64,000 nucleotides of DNA from Sulfolobales archaeon (GCA_026413885.1 JAOAKA010000001.1:46088-110087), one strand, 5' to 3'. Counted from the stretch's first letter, positions 9,669-18,773 are shown. The notes: a model not told the origin generated them from the letters alone. Made by a program: numbers and translations.

Positions 9669-10565
9669 TCACCCTACTTTCCAGACCCAGTTGAGAATGT
9701 CTACAAACGTAAAGCCTTTGAGACCGGGTAAGAGTAATGCTAATATCCCCATAATTATTAATACTATCGCTAGAAACTTCCCGACATCCTGACCTCTTAT
9801 TGAAGCTAGAGTCTCCTTATCACCTGAAGCTAGAGCTCCTGCGGCAAATATTTCCTCACCTATGAAGGAGTAGTCAGCTACTAAAACGAAGAACGGAATT
9901 TGAGTCTCCCTAGCTGTTCCAGCTATCTGAAAAGCATTAACCATGTTACCAGCTTCCATAAATATGAGAGATTCCGCGTAGAAAGGACCTACAACGATAT
10001 TAGCTCCTACATTTTCTCTAAATATAGTTGCTTGAACAGCTGATGCGTAAGCAAACTGCTGGTCTGTTAGATATCTCACATTGTATGTTGTGTCGTAGAG
10101 CTCGGGTCTACCAGCTGAGTAGTAACCTTCTCTAACTATCTCCTCTGCTGTAGCTATAGCTTCCGGCACACCGAGAGTAGTGATTAGCTTAGCACCGTAT
10201 TTACCACATAATCTTGCGATATGTGATAATACACCTAGTCCAGCTATAAATTGAGGCGCCATTGCTGATGAAATTGTTCCAAAACCAAAAGTCATATGGA
10301 CTGGTCTACCCATTTCAACAGACCTAGCTACAGCTTCCTCGATAGCGTCAAATGCGCGTATCTTTCTCACTGGAAATAATTTACCACCTCTAGCCTCCAT
10401 CATGAAGATATAGCCTGCTGCTAATAGGACCACTAACATTATGAATGCCGAAAAAGGAGCTCTCGTGGTGTAGAGCTGAACGCGGAGAAACCAGCTCACA
10501 GCAGATACTACACCTATAGCCAGCAAGATAAGTGAAACTATTAATACGCTTCGGAAAGTCTTCAA
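9669..10565 (-). CDS. Membrane-anchored protein with a soluble core, module A1 (first gene of the operon)
   Basis: 298 aa with two N-terminal TM helices, a soluble core and a C-terminal TM (FLAIVLIIMGILALLL). An AT-rich promoter region lies upstream. Confidence 0.7.
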   Translation of the reverse strand: MKTFRSVLIVSLILLAIGVVSAVSWFLRVQLYTTRAPFSAFIMLVVLLAAGYIFMMEARGGKLFPVRKIRAFDAIEEAVARSVEMGRPVHMTFGFGTISSAMAPQFIAGLGVLSHIARLCGKYGAKLITTLGVPEAIATAEEIVREGYYSAGRPELYDTTYNVRYLTDQQFAYASAVQATIFRENVGANIVVGPFYAESLIFMEAGNMVNAFQIAGTARETQIPFFVLVADYSFIGEEIFAAGALASGDKETLASIRGQDVGKFLAIVLIIMGILALLLPGLKGFTFVDILNWVWKVG

Positions 10566-10755
10566 TTACTACACCTCAACATTAGAATAGAGGTATAGAT
10601 TAAAAAAGCTTAAAGTAACTAGTACGACTTAAACTCGATAATGTAACTTACTTCTATAAATTAAAATTTCAAAGATTAATAAAAAGGATATTAAAGTAAG
10701 CTCAAGTCACATAAAACGGAAGACGCTACTGACAGTATAAAACTGAAACACTAGT

Positions 10756-10782
10756 AAGTCATAGGCATTCAATCTATGACTT
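10756..10782. repeat. 9-bp perfect inverted repeat (AAGTCATAG, 9 nt spacer, CTATGACTT)
   Basis: Read directly from the sequence. It lies in the 333-nt divergent intergenic region between the membrane operon and the gene at 10899. Confidence 0.5.
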
Positions 10783-10873
10783 TATTTAATTTGTGTGTCA
10801 AGTATTCTCAAACACATTATTACCTAGTTTCACTAGTTTCACTTAAGTTTCGCGGGAGTTCGTATAAGCTAGT

Positions 10874-10881
10874 GTATATAG
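10874..10881 (+). promoter_or_regulatory. TATA-box-like element (GTATATAG)
   Basis: About 21 nt upstream of ATG 10899. Confidence 0.3.
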
Positions 10882-10898
10882 TGTTATTCGGGGAAACT

Positions 10899-11333
10899 AT
10901 GAATAGTAGGTTGCTAGCTATACTGGCGGTAGGAATAGCTTTAGCCGTAGTGCTAGCTAGTAGTGCTGTATTAGTATATGCTAAATCAGCTGAAGGTGAG
11001 AGAGGAATTCAGCGCGGTATAGCTGCTGGTCTAAATATAAGGCATAGATTGGGTCCACGTATAGAAGTTAGTGAGGAGTATAAGAAAAAGGTTATCGATA
11101 TAGCTACGAAAGACTCAGATGTAGCTAAGCTTCTAGAAGAAGGATATAACATAACAGCTGTTAGACCGATAATCAAGTTGTATGTAGGAGGAGACGGCAC
11201 GGTCACATTGAGAGCAGATGAAGCTGTAGTAGTCTTACGTAAGAATAGAAATATAGCACTAGTTCTAGTTAACGTAAGAGAGGAGAGAGTAACTAAAATC
11301 TTAATTCGAAATATAACTGTTATAGAAAAATAG
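10899..11333 (+). CDS. Hypothetical secreted or membrane-anchored protein
   Basis: Starting from the internal ATG, the N-terminus MNSRLLAILAVGIALAVVLASSAVLVYA looks like a signal peptide or anchor. The upstream 41 codons of the tracked ORF look non-coding. Confidence 0.55.
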   Translation: MNSRLLAILAVGIALAVVLASSAVLVYAKSAEGERGIQRGIAAGLNIRHRLGPRIEVSEEYKKKVIDIATKDSDVAKLLEEGYNITAVRPIIKLYVGGDGTVTLRADEAVVVLRKNRNIALVLVNVREERVTKILIRNITVIEK

Positions 11334-11365
11334 AAACCAGAGATCGACTTACGTAAGTTCAAAAG

Positions 11366-11371
11366 TTTTTT
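11366..11371 (+). terminator. Oligo-T tract (TTTTTT)
   Basis: T-run about 30 nt after the stop at 11333. Archaeal terminators are typically T-tracts. Confidence 0.3.
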
Positions 11372-11445
11372 CAATTCAATTAAACACTAAAATCGGTAAT
11401 CTTAGTAGTAATTATTATTACCTAGTCTAAGATATGTAGCTAGGT

Positions 11446-12339
11446 ATGTATGTAATTAGACCATTCGACCCGTGGCGCTCACCTATGTGTACCTGCCCTA
11501 AAAAGTATGTTCTACATCCCTATACTGGCTGCGGACACGGGTGTCTCTACTGCTACGCTAGTAGCTACATACGCAACTTCTTCGACCCCAGACCTAAAAA
11601 AGCCCTTAAAGATTATCTCGTCAAAGACCTCGAGAAACTCCCGCCGGGTGCTATCATAGAGATGTCTACTAGTAGTGACCCATATACACCTCCTGAAGCC
11701 GATTTAAAGATTGCGAGAGAAGCTATTAGAGAGATCTTAAAGAGAGGCTTTAAACTACTTATAACTACTAAGAGCTCTCTAGTTCTCAGAGATCTAGACT
11801 TACTAGCTAGGTTCAGAGATAGAGTGGTTGTCGCAATAACAATTACAACACTAGATAACCGCGTAGCTTCACTACTAGAGCCGGGAGCACCACCTCCAGA
11901 GGTGAGACTTAGAGTTGTTAATGCGCTCAGTAGGTCTGGGATACCGACACTAGTTAGACTAGACCCTATAGTGCCTTATGTGAACGATGACTACACCTCT
12001 ATAGCTAAACTAGTGGAGGGAGCATCACTCGCAGGTGCTTTTCAAATTACTAGCTCTACATATAAAGCAAGAGCAGATAGCTTGAAGAGATTGGTGGAAG
12101 CCTTTCCACAAGTATATACTGAGATAGTGGAAGCCTATAGAGCTGGTGAGAAAATCTGTGGGTATACCTATCTGAGGAGAGATAAACGGCTAGAGTATAT
12201 GAAGATAGTTAGAGAACTCGCACTAAGAGCTGGAGTGGCCTTCAATACATGTAGAGAGAGATTTCCAGAACTAGCGAGTAGAGGATTTAATTGTGATGGT
12301 TCGTCACTCATAGGAAGAAGCTCTGTCACTGAGGTTTAG
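11446..12339 (+). CDS. Radical SAM protein (SplB/COG1533-like)
   Basis: CxxxCxxC motif in YTGCGHGCLYCYA near the N-terminus, and about 300 aa. Confidence 0.8.
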   Translation: MYVIRPFDPWRSPMCTCPKKYVLHPYTGCGHGCLYCYASSYIRNFFDPRPKKALKDYLVKDLEKLPPGAIIEMSTSSDPYTPPEADLKIAREAIREILKRGFKLLITTKSSLVLRDLDLLARFRDRVVVAITITTLDNRVASLLEPGAPPPEVRLRVVNALSRSGIPTLVRLDPIVPYVNDDYTSIAKLVEGASLAGAFQITSSTYKARADSLKRLVEAFPQVYTEIVEAYRAGEKICGYTYLRRDKRLEYMKIVRELALRAGVAFNTCRERFPELASRGFNCDGSSLIGRSSVTEV

Positions 12340-12846
12340 AGCTGCTCTATATTCTTTACTGAGAGATGTTAGTCTTTCAACTATCTCCGGATTCTTTTCT
12401 AAAACCTCGTTTACGATACTTAAATATCTGGCAACTCTTACTGCGTGTGGAGATATTCTAACTAACTGCTTACCATTAACTACAACGAAGTGTTCTTTAT
12501 CGATTTTCTCACCTACTATGTACTCTGCTTCATTAGCACTTGCGTGAAGCATGAAGCAGTGGGGACTACCATCTATCGTAGCTATAGTGATTCTCCTAGG
12601 TCTCGAAGACCTAATTATACTCGCTATTTTACCGTAGTGTGTTGGATTCTCACGCTCAGGACAGGCTAGCAGCACTGTTCTACCGCTTGATAGCTGTTTA
12701 AATAGCTCTGGATTAACTACCGGTAGGCAGGCTGAAGCTATAAGGAGGTCTGAATTAGCTAGTATAGGTGCTTTAACCCAGGTACTCCAGAGCCAGGAGC
12801 ACTCACCGCAATCCATACTACCACACCAGTTTAGCTCCTTCTCCAT
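12304..12846 (-). CDS. Hypothetical Cys-rich protein downstream of thiC
   Basis: N-terminal CGSMDCGEC plus three further Cys residues. The tracked start overlaps the thiC end by 29 nt. An alternative ATG at 12816 lies 1 nt after the thiC stop. Confidence 0.55.
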   Translation of the reverse strand: MEKELNWCGSMDCGECSWLWSTWVKAPILANSDLLIASACLPVVNPELFKQLSSGRTVLLACPERENPTHYGKIASIIRSSRPRRITIATIDGSPHCFMLHASANEAEYIVGEKIDKEHFVVVNGKQLVRISPHAVRVARYLSIVNEVLEKNPEIVERLTSLSKEYRAALNLSDRASSYE

Positions 12847-14158
12847 ATCTATCGAGTACCTCCTCCGGCTTTAACTTTCTCTCGCTTAAGTACTTCGATA
12901 GCATGAGAAACACACAGTACTGCCCACACATAGTGCATGAACTCAGTTCCTGTGGAAACTTGGTCTTCAGTTTAAGTGATCTCTCTGGGTCATAGGACTT
13001 CGAGACCTGGTACTCCCAGTCTAGTTGAGCCCTCTTAATACTCATCTCGACATCTCTATAAGCAGCTCTTCTCCCTAGCTTAACTAAGTCTCCTGCGTGA
13101 GCAGCTACTTTAGCCGCTATTAAACCCTCCTTAACTTCTTCGGCTCCCGGAAGACCTAGATGCTCTGAAGGTGTTAAATAACATATTAGGTCGGCACCAG
13201 CGGCTGCTGCTACCGCAGCACCTATAGCTGAAGCTATGTGGTCGTATCCTATAGCTATATCTGTTACTAGAGGTCCGAGAACATAGTACGGTACACCACC
13301 ACTGAGAGATTTCATCAGTCTAACGTCAGCTACAACTTTATCTAGAGTCATGTGTCCAGGACCCTCGATCATGACTTGAACCCCTCTGTCGACAGCATCT
13401 CTAGCCAGTCTCGAGTTATTCACTAACTCCCCTATCTGTAGTTCATCGTGTGCGTCTGCGGTAGCTCCAGGTCTGAGAGCATCACCCAGACTTATGACTG
13501 CGTCATATTCTCTGAATACCTCTAGTAGGTAGTCCCAATGCTTGAGGTAGGGGTTTTCCTCACTATTCTCGATCATCCAGATAGCTAGCATACTGCCGCC
13601 TCTACTAACTATTGGAGCAATTCTCCCACTCTTAACAGACTTTATAGCTAGTTCTCTAGTGATTCCAGCGTGAATGGTCATGAAGTCAACGCCGTCTCTC
13701 AAATGCTTCTCTACTACAGCTATAAACCATTCTGAGGGAATACCTACACCTCCATACTTTCTAACACCTTCGATCCAGGCTTGATATGTAGGAACGGTTC
13801 CAAAGGGAGTCCCCTCGGAAGCCTCCATAAGCCTTACTCTAACCTCACTCAGATCTCCTCCAGTGCTCAAGTCCATCAAGGTGTCTGCTCCAAATTTCAC
13901 AGCTACTCTAACCTTCTCTACCTCCATATCTAGATTCACAGCGGTACCGCTAGTTCCAACATTTACATTTACCTTAGTACTCAATCCTTCTCCAACAGCT
14001 ACAGGCCTTACTTTAGCTCTCCTACTGTTTCTTACAACAACTACTCTACCGGAGCTAACTCTTCTTCTCAAAACATCGTAGTCTATACCCTCAATTTTCG
14101 CGATAATTGCTAGTTCGTCTATAGTGCTACTACTTCTAGACTCAGCTATTACTCCCAA
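12818..14158 (-). CDS. thiC: Phosphomethylpyrimidine synthase ThiC
   Basis: Motifs [15 protein letters not shown] and [16 protein letters not shown], plus the C-terminal cluster motif CTMCGQYC. Confidence 0.92.
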   Translation of the reverse strand: MGVIAESRSSSTIDELAIIAKIEGIDYDVLRRRVSSGRVVVVRNSRRAKVRPVAVGEGLSTKVNVNVGTSGTAVNLDMEVEKVRVAVKFGADTLMDLSTGGDLSEVRVRLMEASEGTPFGTVPTYQAWIEGVRKYGGVGIPSEWFIAVVEKHLRDGVDFMTIHAGITRELAIKSVKSGRIAPIVSRGGSMLAIWMIENSEENPYLKHWDYLLEVFREYDAVISLGDALRPGATADAHDELQIGELVNNSRLARDAVDRGVQVMIEGPGHMTLDKVVADVRLMKSLSGGVPYYVLGPLVTDIAIGYDHIASAIGAAVAAAAGADLICYLTPSEHLGLPGAEEVKEGLIAAKVAAHAGDLVKLGRRAAYRDVEMSIKRAQLDWEYQVSKSYDPERSLKLKTKFPQELSSCTMCGQYCVFLMLSKYLSERKLKPEEVLDRYGEGAKLVW

Positions 14159-14304
14159 ATCTCTCAGCCCCTCTATATCTGCATATTCTACTTATATGAG
14201 CTATTTCTCGAAGTAATTAAAACTAAGTTATCGGGTGAGAATACATACATAACTTCACATAGCTTATATAATCATGTAGGGTACTGTTATCCTAGGTGTA
14301 CTAG

Positions 14305-15252
14305 TTGCTGCCTGGACTAGAGAGCTATATAGACGAAGAGAGGTCTGAATACGCACTACTAGCAGTAGGTCCTCAATATCCACACGTCTGCACGTCTTTT
14401 GACTATCCGGCTAGGTATACCGTGGATATTGGAGAGAGCCCCGAGAAGTCTCTGCTTTTTGTGGTTTTGAGAGGAAGAAATAGAGTAGAAGATATAAGCT
14501 GGCGAGTCTACGTAAATGAAGTAAAAGTTTCGAGAGTGTTTAAACCTCAACACTCACTTGTAGTGCGGGGAGACGCACACTACGTATACGTTGTAGATGT
14601 ATCACCAGCTATTAGAGGTGTTAAAACAGCTGAAGTAGTCATTAAGTGTCACGCTTCAGATACTCAAATCGAGTCTACGGGCTTTGTTCTCCTCTCCCCA
14701 GAAGAATTTAAGAGTAAAGTAAGTGTATACATCGGTATCTCGAGGATCGAGAGTAACTACGAGCTTCGAGTACCTTCTCAAGGCTTTTCAGTAGTCAGTA
14801 TAGCTGGACGTGGTGAAGGTGGAGCGGTCTCAATTGGGAGTAGCATAAGGAAATTCAACGGACTCTTCGAGCTCTCGGAGCTCCTGTCCGGTGGCTCAGT
14901 TAGTATAGGAGGGCTAATCAATCTATATGCTGTAGTTATCAATACGTATGCTGGAAGACCTCCGGAGGTCGTACTAGATATCCACCCACTAGAAGTAGAG
15001 AGAGTGAAGCTCACTATATCTAATAGTGGTGACTACAGCATTAAGAATACTGAACTAAGACTCTTGCGTGGCACTCAAACTATCAGTAAGCTAACTATAA
15101 AATCGATAAAACCTCGAGAAGAAACCTCTATAGTACTGGATAGACGACCCGGGGCCACGATGGCTAAAGTAACCTACGAGTTCTCGGGACACATCTTTAC
15201 GAAAACAATACCTCTAGAGCTTACTGAGAAATCTCCCCAATCCACACAATAG
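14305..15252 (+). CDS. Hypothetical beta-rich protein (possible CARDB-like C-terminal domain)
   Basis: 315-aa ORF with a TTG start. The C-terminal segment VKLTISNSGDYSIKNTELRLL...REETSIVLD resembles CARDB-type domains. It has no signal peptide. Confidence 0.45.
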   Translation: MLPGLESYIDEERSEYALLAVGPQYPHVCTSFDYPARYTVDIGESPEKSLLFVVLRGRNRVEDISWRVYVNEVKVSRVFKPQHSLVVRGDAHYVYVVDVSPAIRGVKTAEVVIKCHASDTQIESTGFVLLSPEEFKSKVSVYIGISRIESNYELRVPSQGFSVVSIAGRGEGGAVSIGSSIRKFNGLFELSELLSGGSVSIGGLINLYAVVINTYAGRPPEVVLDIHPLEVERVKLTISNSGDYSIKNTELRLLRGTQTISKLTIKSIKPREETSIVLDRRPGATMAKVTYEFSGHIFTKTIPLELTEKSPQSTQ

Positions 15253-15433
15253 CTCTCTAGATTCTTACCTAAAGACCTTATACACCGACCTCAAGATGTA
15301 GCTAGCTTCATTAATCTACAGTGAATTAAGTCTTATATCCACTATTTAAAATCTTCCGACTTCAATGTCATCTATCTCAGACTGAAGGAATCAGATATAG
15401 CTTATAGAAGTTGGATAGAAGCTAGCTACACTA

Positions 15434-15510
<77 letters not shown>

Positions 15511-15561
15511 TACCTAACACATTTATCACTAGATTTAAGCTTTAACTATTGGAGACTCTGT

Positions 15562-16086
15562 GTGTCTATAAAGATAGTCTACAGAGCCTTAAGGCGGAAG
15601 GAGTCTAAGCAGCTAATTGAGAGTATCTGCAGTCTCTACCCTAAGATCTGTGTTGGTATTAGAGCTAGTTCTGCGGAGACTGTCTATGAAGCAGTATTTG
15701 ATGGTGAAGTAATTTACGTAGTAAACGGTATTCCAGTAGTTTTTAAATCTGAGAACCAGCTTACTCCAACACTTATATCAGCTAGAGTAGCTGGTTTTGA
15801 AGCACTTCACTACGCAGTAGTAGATGAAGGTGCTGTTAGACCTATACTTAGTGGAGCAGATGTCATGGCTCCCGGAATTCGTAGAGTTAGTGAGTTTTCA
15901 ATAGGTGATATTGTGGTGATCTGGTCAACAGATGAGAAAACTCCTCTAGCAATCACCAGAGCTTTAATGACTTACAGTGAGATTACCTCAATTCGTAGAG
16001 GGAGAGCTCTAAAGAATCTGCACTACGCTGGTGACGATATATGGAAGGTATCTCTCGAAATACTGAAGAAATTTGAGAGATTGTGA
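15562..16086 (+). CDS. PUA domain-containing RNA-binding protein
   Basis: The C-terminal half (VVDEGAVRPILSGADVMAPGI...GDIVVI) fits a PUA domain. The tracked N-terminus is antisense to tRNA-Ala, so I place the start at GTG 15562. The exact start is uncertain. Confidence 0.6.
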   Translation: MSIKIVYRALRRKESKQLIESICSLYPKICVGIRASSAETVYEAVFDGEVIYVVNGIPVVFKSENQLTPTLISARVAGFEALHYAVVDEGAVRPILSGADVMAPGIRRVSEFSIGDIVVIWSTDEKTPLAITRALMTYSEITSIRRGRALKNLHYAGDDIWKVSLEILKKFERL

Positions 16087-16099
16087 GACTGAATTAAGG

Positions 16100-16107
16100 T
16101 ATATATA
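16100..16107 (+). promoter_or_regulatory. TATA box (TATATATA) for the Sm/L37e pair
   Basis: Centred about 33 nt upstream of ATG 16137. Confidence 0.35.
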
Positions 16108-16136
16108 CCTCACCATACGTATCAAGATGGTCCACT

Positions 16137-16364
16137 ATGAGCGATGCTGCTCACCGCCTACTCGGTGAGAACTTAGGTCAAGACGTATTAGTGAAGCTAA
16201 GGTCTAGCGAAGTTGTCAGAGGAAAACTCAAGAGTTTCGACCAACACTTAAACATAGTTTTAGAAGATGCGTATGAAGTTGCTGAAAATAAGCTCAGAAA
16301 ACTAGGTACTGTAGTAATTAGAGGTGAGAACATAGTTATCATATCACCAGCTCCCAGAGGGTGA
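16137..16364 (+). CDS. Archaeal Sm-like protein (SmAP/LSm)
   Basis: Sm1/Sm2 motifs VRGKLKSFDQHLNIVLEDA and VIRGENIVIISP. It sits in the conserved pairing with rpl37e. Confidence 0.85.
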   Translation: MSDAAHRLLGENLGQDVLVKLRSSEVVRGKLKSFDQHLNIVLEDAYEVAENKLRKLGTVVIRGENIVIISPAPRG

Positions 16365-16369
16365 GGTAG

Positions 16370-16555
16370 GTGAAGGGAACTCCATCAATGGGTAAAAGAA
16401 GTAAGGGGAAGACACATATTAGATGTAGAAGATGTGGAAGACACTCCTATAACGTAGCTAAAGGATATTGCGCAGCATGTGGCTTCGGAAGAAGTAGAAG
16501 GCTTAGAAGGTACTCCTGGAATTCTAAGAAGGTTAATAAAGTTAGAGTCAAGTAG
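16370..16555 (+). CDS. rpl37e: 50S ribosomal protein L37e
   Basis: [36 protein letters not shown] zinc ribbon, with a GTG start. Confidence 0.92.
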   Translation: MKGTPSMGKRSKGKTHIRCRRCGRHSYNVAKGYCAACGFGRSRRLRRYSWNSKKVNKVRVK

Positions 16556-16788
16556 CGATAGTTATGCATACCTCTAAAGCTAATTCTCGATAAACTCAAA
16601 ACTGCTAGCGTGTATATCTACTTCTCACTTAGTAGCTGCAAGCTTATTGAGGAAGTTCTCAGAAACTCTACAACTGCGGGAGAGCTGAAGCAGCTGTTGT
16701 TACTGCCCAGTCATATAGAGAAATAACTTCAGATTACCTAACTATAGTTGCTCAAAACGTTAGACTTCAACTAAGCTGTTGTGAGAGG

Positions 16789-16887
16789 TGCGGGGGGTGG
16801 GATTTGAACCCACGCAGGCCTACGCCATCGGGGTTCCCACATGAGGTCCTGAGCCCGACCCCTTCGACCTAGCTCGGGCACCCCCGC
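16789..16887 (-). tRNA. tRNA-Leu (anticodon CAG) with an intron of about 14 nt at 37/38; no encoded CCA
   Basis: The reverse complement starts GCGGGGGTGCCCGAGCTAGGTCGAAGGGG. The anticodon arm is TCGGG-CTCAGG[ACCTCATGTGGGAA]C-CCCGA, followed by the long variable arm GGCGTAGGCCTGC, the T-arm GTGGGTTCAAATCCCAC and the acceptor CCCCCGC-A. Confidence 0.8.
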
Positions 16888-16996
16888 ACCACATAGTTCT
16901 CGCTGAAGAAAGGTTATAAACTTCTTTGAAATCTGAATAAAGACGCAGGCTTTATGTACTTAAATCTAGGTAGATAGTTACTTCACTGGGTCTTAG

Positions 16997-18385
16997 TTGA
17001 GTTCAAGAAGGCTTTTCGGTACTGATGGCGTGAGAGGTGTCGTCAATGTCGACCTCACTCCTGAGATGGTTCTAAGGCTATCTCTCTCTATAGGAACTTA
17101 CTTCGGACTTGGTTCTAGAGTTGTTGTTGGTTCTGATATGAGAGCTGGTAATAGCTTTCTAACCTACATCGTGATCGGCGGTCTAATTTCCACTGGAGTG
17201 AAGGTTTACAACGCTGGTCTAGTTCCAACACCAGCTCTACAGTACTACGTAAAAACTCGAGGATTCGATGGTGGTGTCATGATTACTGCGTCACACAATC
17301 CTCCAGAATATAGTGGTGTAAAAATCGTTATGGCTGATGGTGTTGAAGCACCACGTAAAGTTGAGGAGGAAATAGAAGAAATATATCACGAGTTGAAATT
17401 TAGGAGAGTCTCCTGGCGGGAGATTTCAGGTGGTGTTGTGAGAGTTTACGACGTAGTTGATCACTACTTAGACGGTATTGTGGATCTTATAGACGTAGAT
17501 AGAGTGCGTAAGCTCAATCTTAAAGTAGCTATCGACCCTGCGAATAATGTTGGAGCACTTGCGACACCTAGATTACTGAGAACTCTGGGTGTGAATCTAG
17601 TTGCTATAAATAGTGACTTAAGCTACAGTCCATCAAGGCCTCCAGAGCCGATACCGGAAAACTTAGAGGACTTAATAGCGGTCGTAAAGTCTACTAGAGC
17701 AAACTTCGGCATAGCTCACGATGGAGACGCCGATAGAGCTATATTTATTGACGATAGAGGGCTCTATGTACCAGGAGATGTGTCAGCGGTATTACTCTGC
17801 AGGCACTTAGTCGAGAATCGCAGTGAGAGAGATCCTCCTAGAGTTGTTACAGCTGTTTCAAGTTCAACATTAATTAGTAAGATATTGTCTACCTACGGTA
17901 TAGAGGTTGTTTGGACTAGAGTTGGTAGTATCAATATATCTAGAACTATGGTGGAGCGAGGAGCTCTAGCCGGTTTCGAAGAAAACGGAGGCTTTATGTA
18001 TCCTAAACACCAATACGTTAGAGATGGAGCTATGACTACTGCACTCATGGTGGAGATGTTGAGCTATGAGAAAACCTCTCTCTCTAACCTACTCAGTGAG
18101 CTCCCAAAGAGGCACGTAGTGAAGAAGAGAGTATACACCAGTAGGGAGCGACTACCGAAAGTGTACGAAATAATTAGGGAGAGATTCAGTAATATAGAGT
18201 TTGTAGATATCGATGGTCTCAAAGGTATTTCCGATAAGTTCTGGTTTCTTGTAAGACCTAGCGGTACCGAGCCTCTGGTGAGAGTTTTCGTTGAAGCTGA
18301 AACTGAGCAGTTATTAAGCGAGATATTAAAGGAGTTAGTAGATATCTTTGTAGAGGTGTATGGAAGTGAGGTACGTATTGCTTAA
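16997..18385 (+). CDS. Phosphoglucosamine/phosphomannose/phosphoglucose mutase family protein (paralogue 1)
   Basis: Active-site loop TASHNPPEYSGVK and metal loop GIAHDGDADR. TTG start. Confidence 0.88.
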   Translation: MSSRRLFGTDGVRGVVNVDLTPEMVLRLSLSIGTYFGLGSRVVVGSDMRAGNSFLTYIVIGGLISTGVKVYNAGLVPTPALQYYVKTRGFDGGVMITASHNPPEYSGVKIVMADGVEAPRKVEEEIEEIYHELKFRRVSWREISGGVVRVYDVVDHYLDGIVDLIDVDRVRKLNLKVAIDPANNVGALATPRLLRTLGVNLVAINSDLSYSPSRPPEPIPENLEDLIAVVKSTRANFGIAHDGDADRAIFIDDRGLYVPGDVSAVLLCRHLVENRSERDPPRVVTAVSSSTLISKILSTYGIEVVWTRVGSINISRTMVERGALAGFEENGGFMYPKHQYVRDGAMTTALMVEMLSYEKTSLSNLLSELPKRHVVKKRVYTSRERLPKVYEIIRERFSNIEFVDIDGLKGISDKFWFLVRPSGTEPLVRVFVEAETEQLLSEILKELVDIFVEVYGSEVRIA

Positions 18386-18773
18386 TCTACTGGCGTGTCC
18401 GATGTGTAAGAGCTTTCCATTGAAATTGCTAGTCTTCGAAGAAGTACTGATAGATAAGAGATATAGTGTGAAAACACCTTTCTGCGACCTCTACTGTGGA
18501 TTGAAGAGCACATATTTAAAGGAAATTAAAGTTGAAGAACTCGACTGCGGTGAGTGTGTTAAACATGACATTTTATGGGGCATACTTCACTGTTCTAACT
18601 GCGGGAGGTGGTATCCAATAATTGATGGAATACCGTTTATGTATCCAGATGACTTGAGAACTAAGCCTAGAGTAAGAAATAGGGAAGAGCAGTTTCTTAG
18701 TAGATATGCAGATAAAATACCTGCTGAAGTAATTGAAAAAGACCCACTAAAAATAGTGAAGTCTAAAATCTGA
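18360..18773 (+). CDS. Trm112-like zinc-knuckle protein with a central insertion
   Basis: LLNLLACPMCKSFPL and LHCSNCGRWYPIIDGIPFM match the two Trm112 halves. About 60 aa inserted between them carry the extra Cys pairs CDLYC and CGEC. It overlaps the upstream gene by 26 nt. Confidence 0.55.
   Translation: MEVRYVLLNLLACPMCKSFPLKLLVFEEVLIDKRYSVKTPFCDLYCGLKSTYLKEIKVEELDCGECVKHDILWGILHCSNCGRWYPIIDGIPFMYPDDLRTKPRVRNREEQFLSRYADKIPAEVIEKDPLKIVKSKI

Noticed and set aside
14159-14304. Possible TPP riboswitch in the thiC leader
   Set aside because: Reading the minus strand upstream of thiC, I could not find the conserved CUGAGA and ACCUGA...GG.UAAU elements. The only GGGUGAGA-like string is on the wrong strand.
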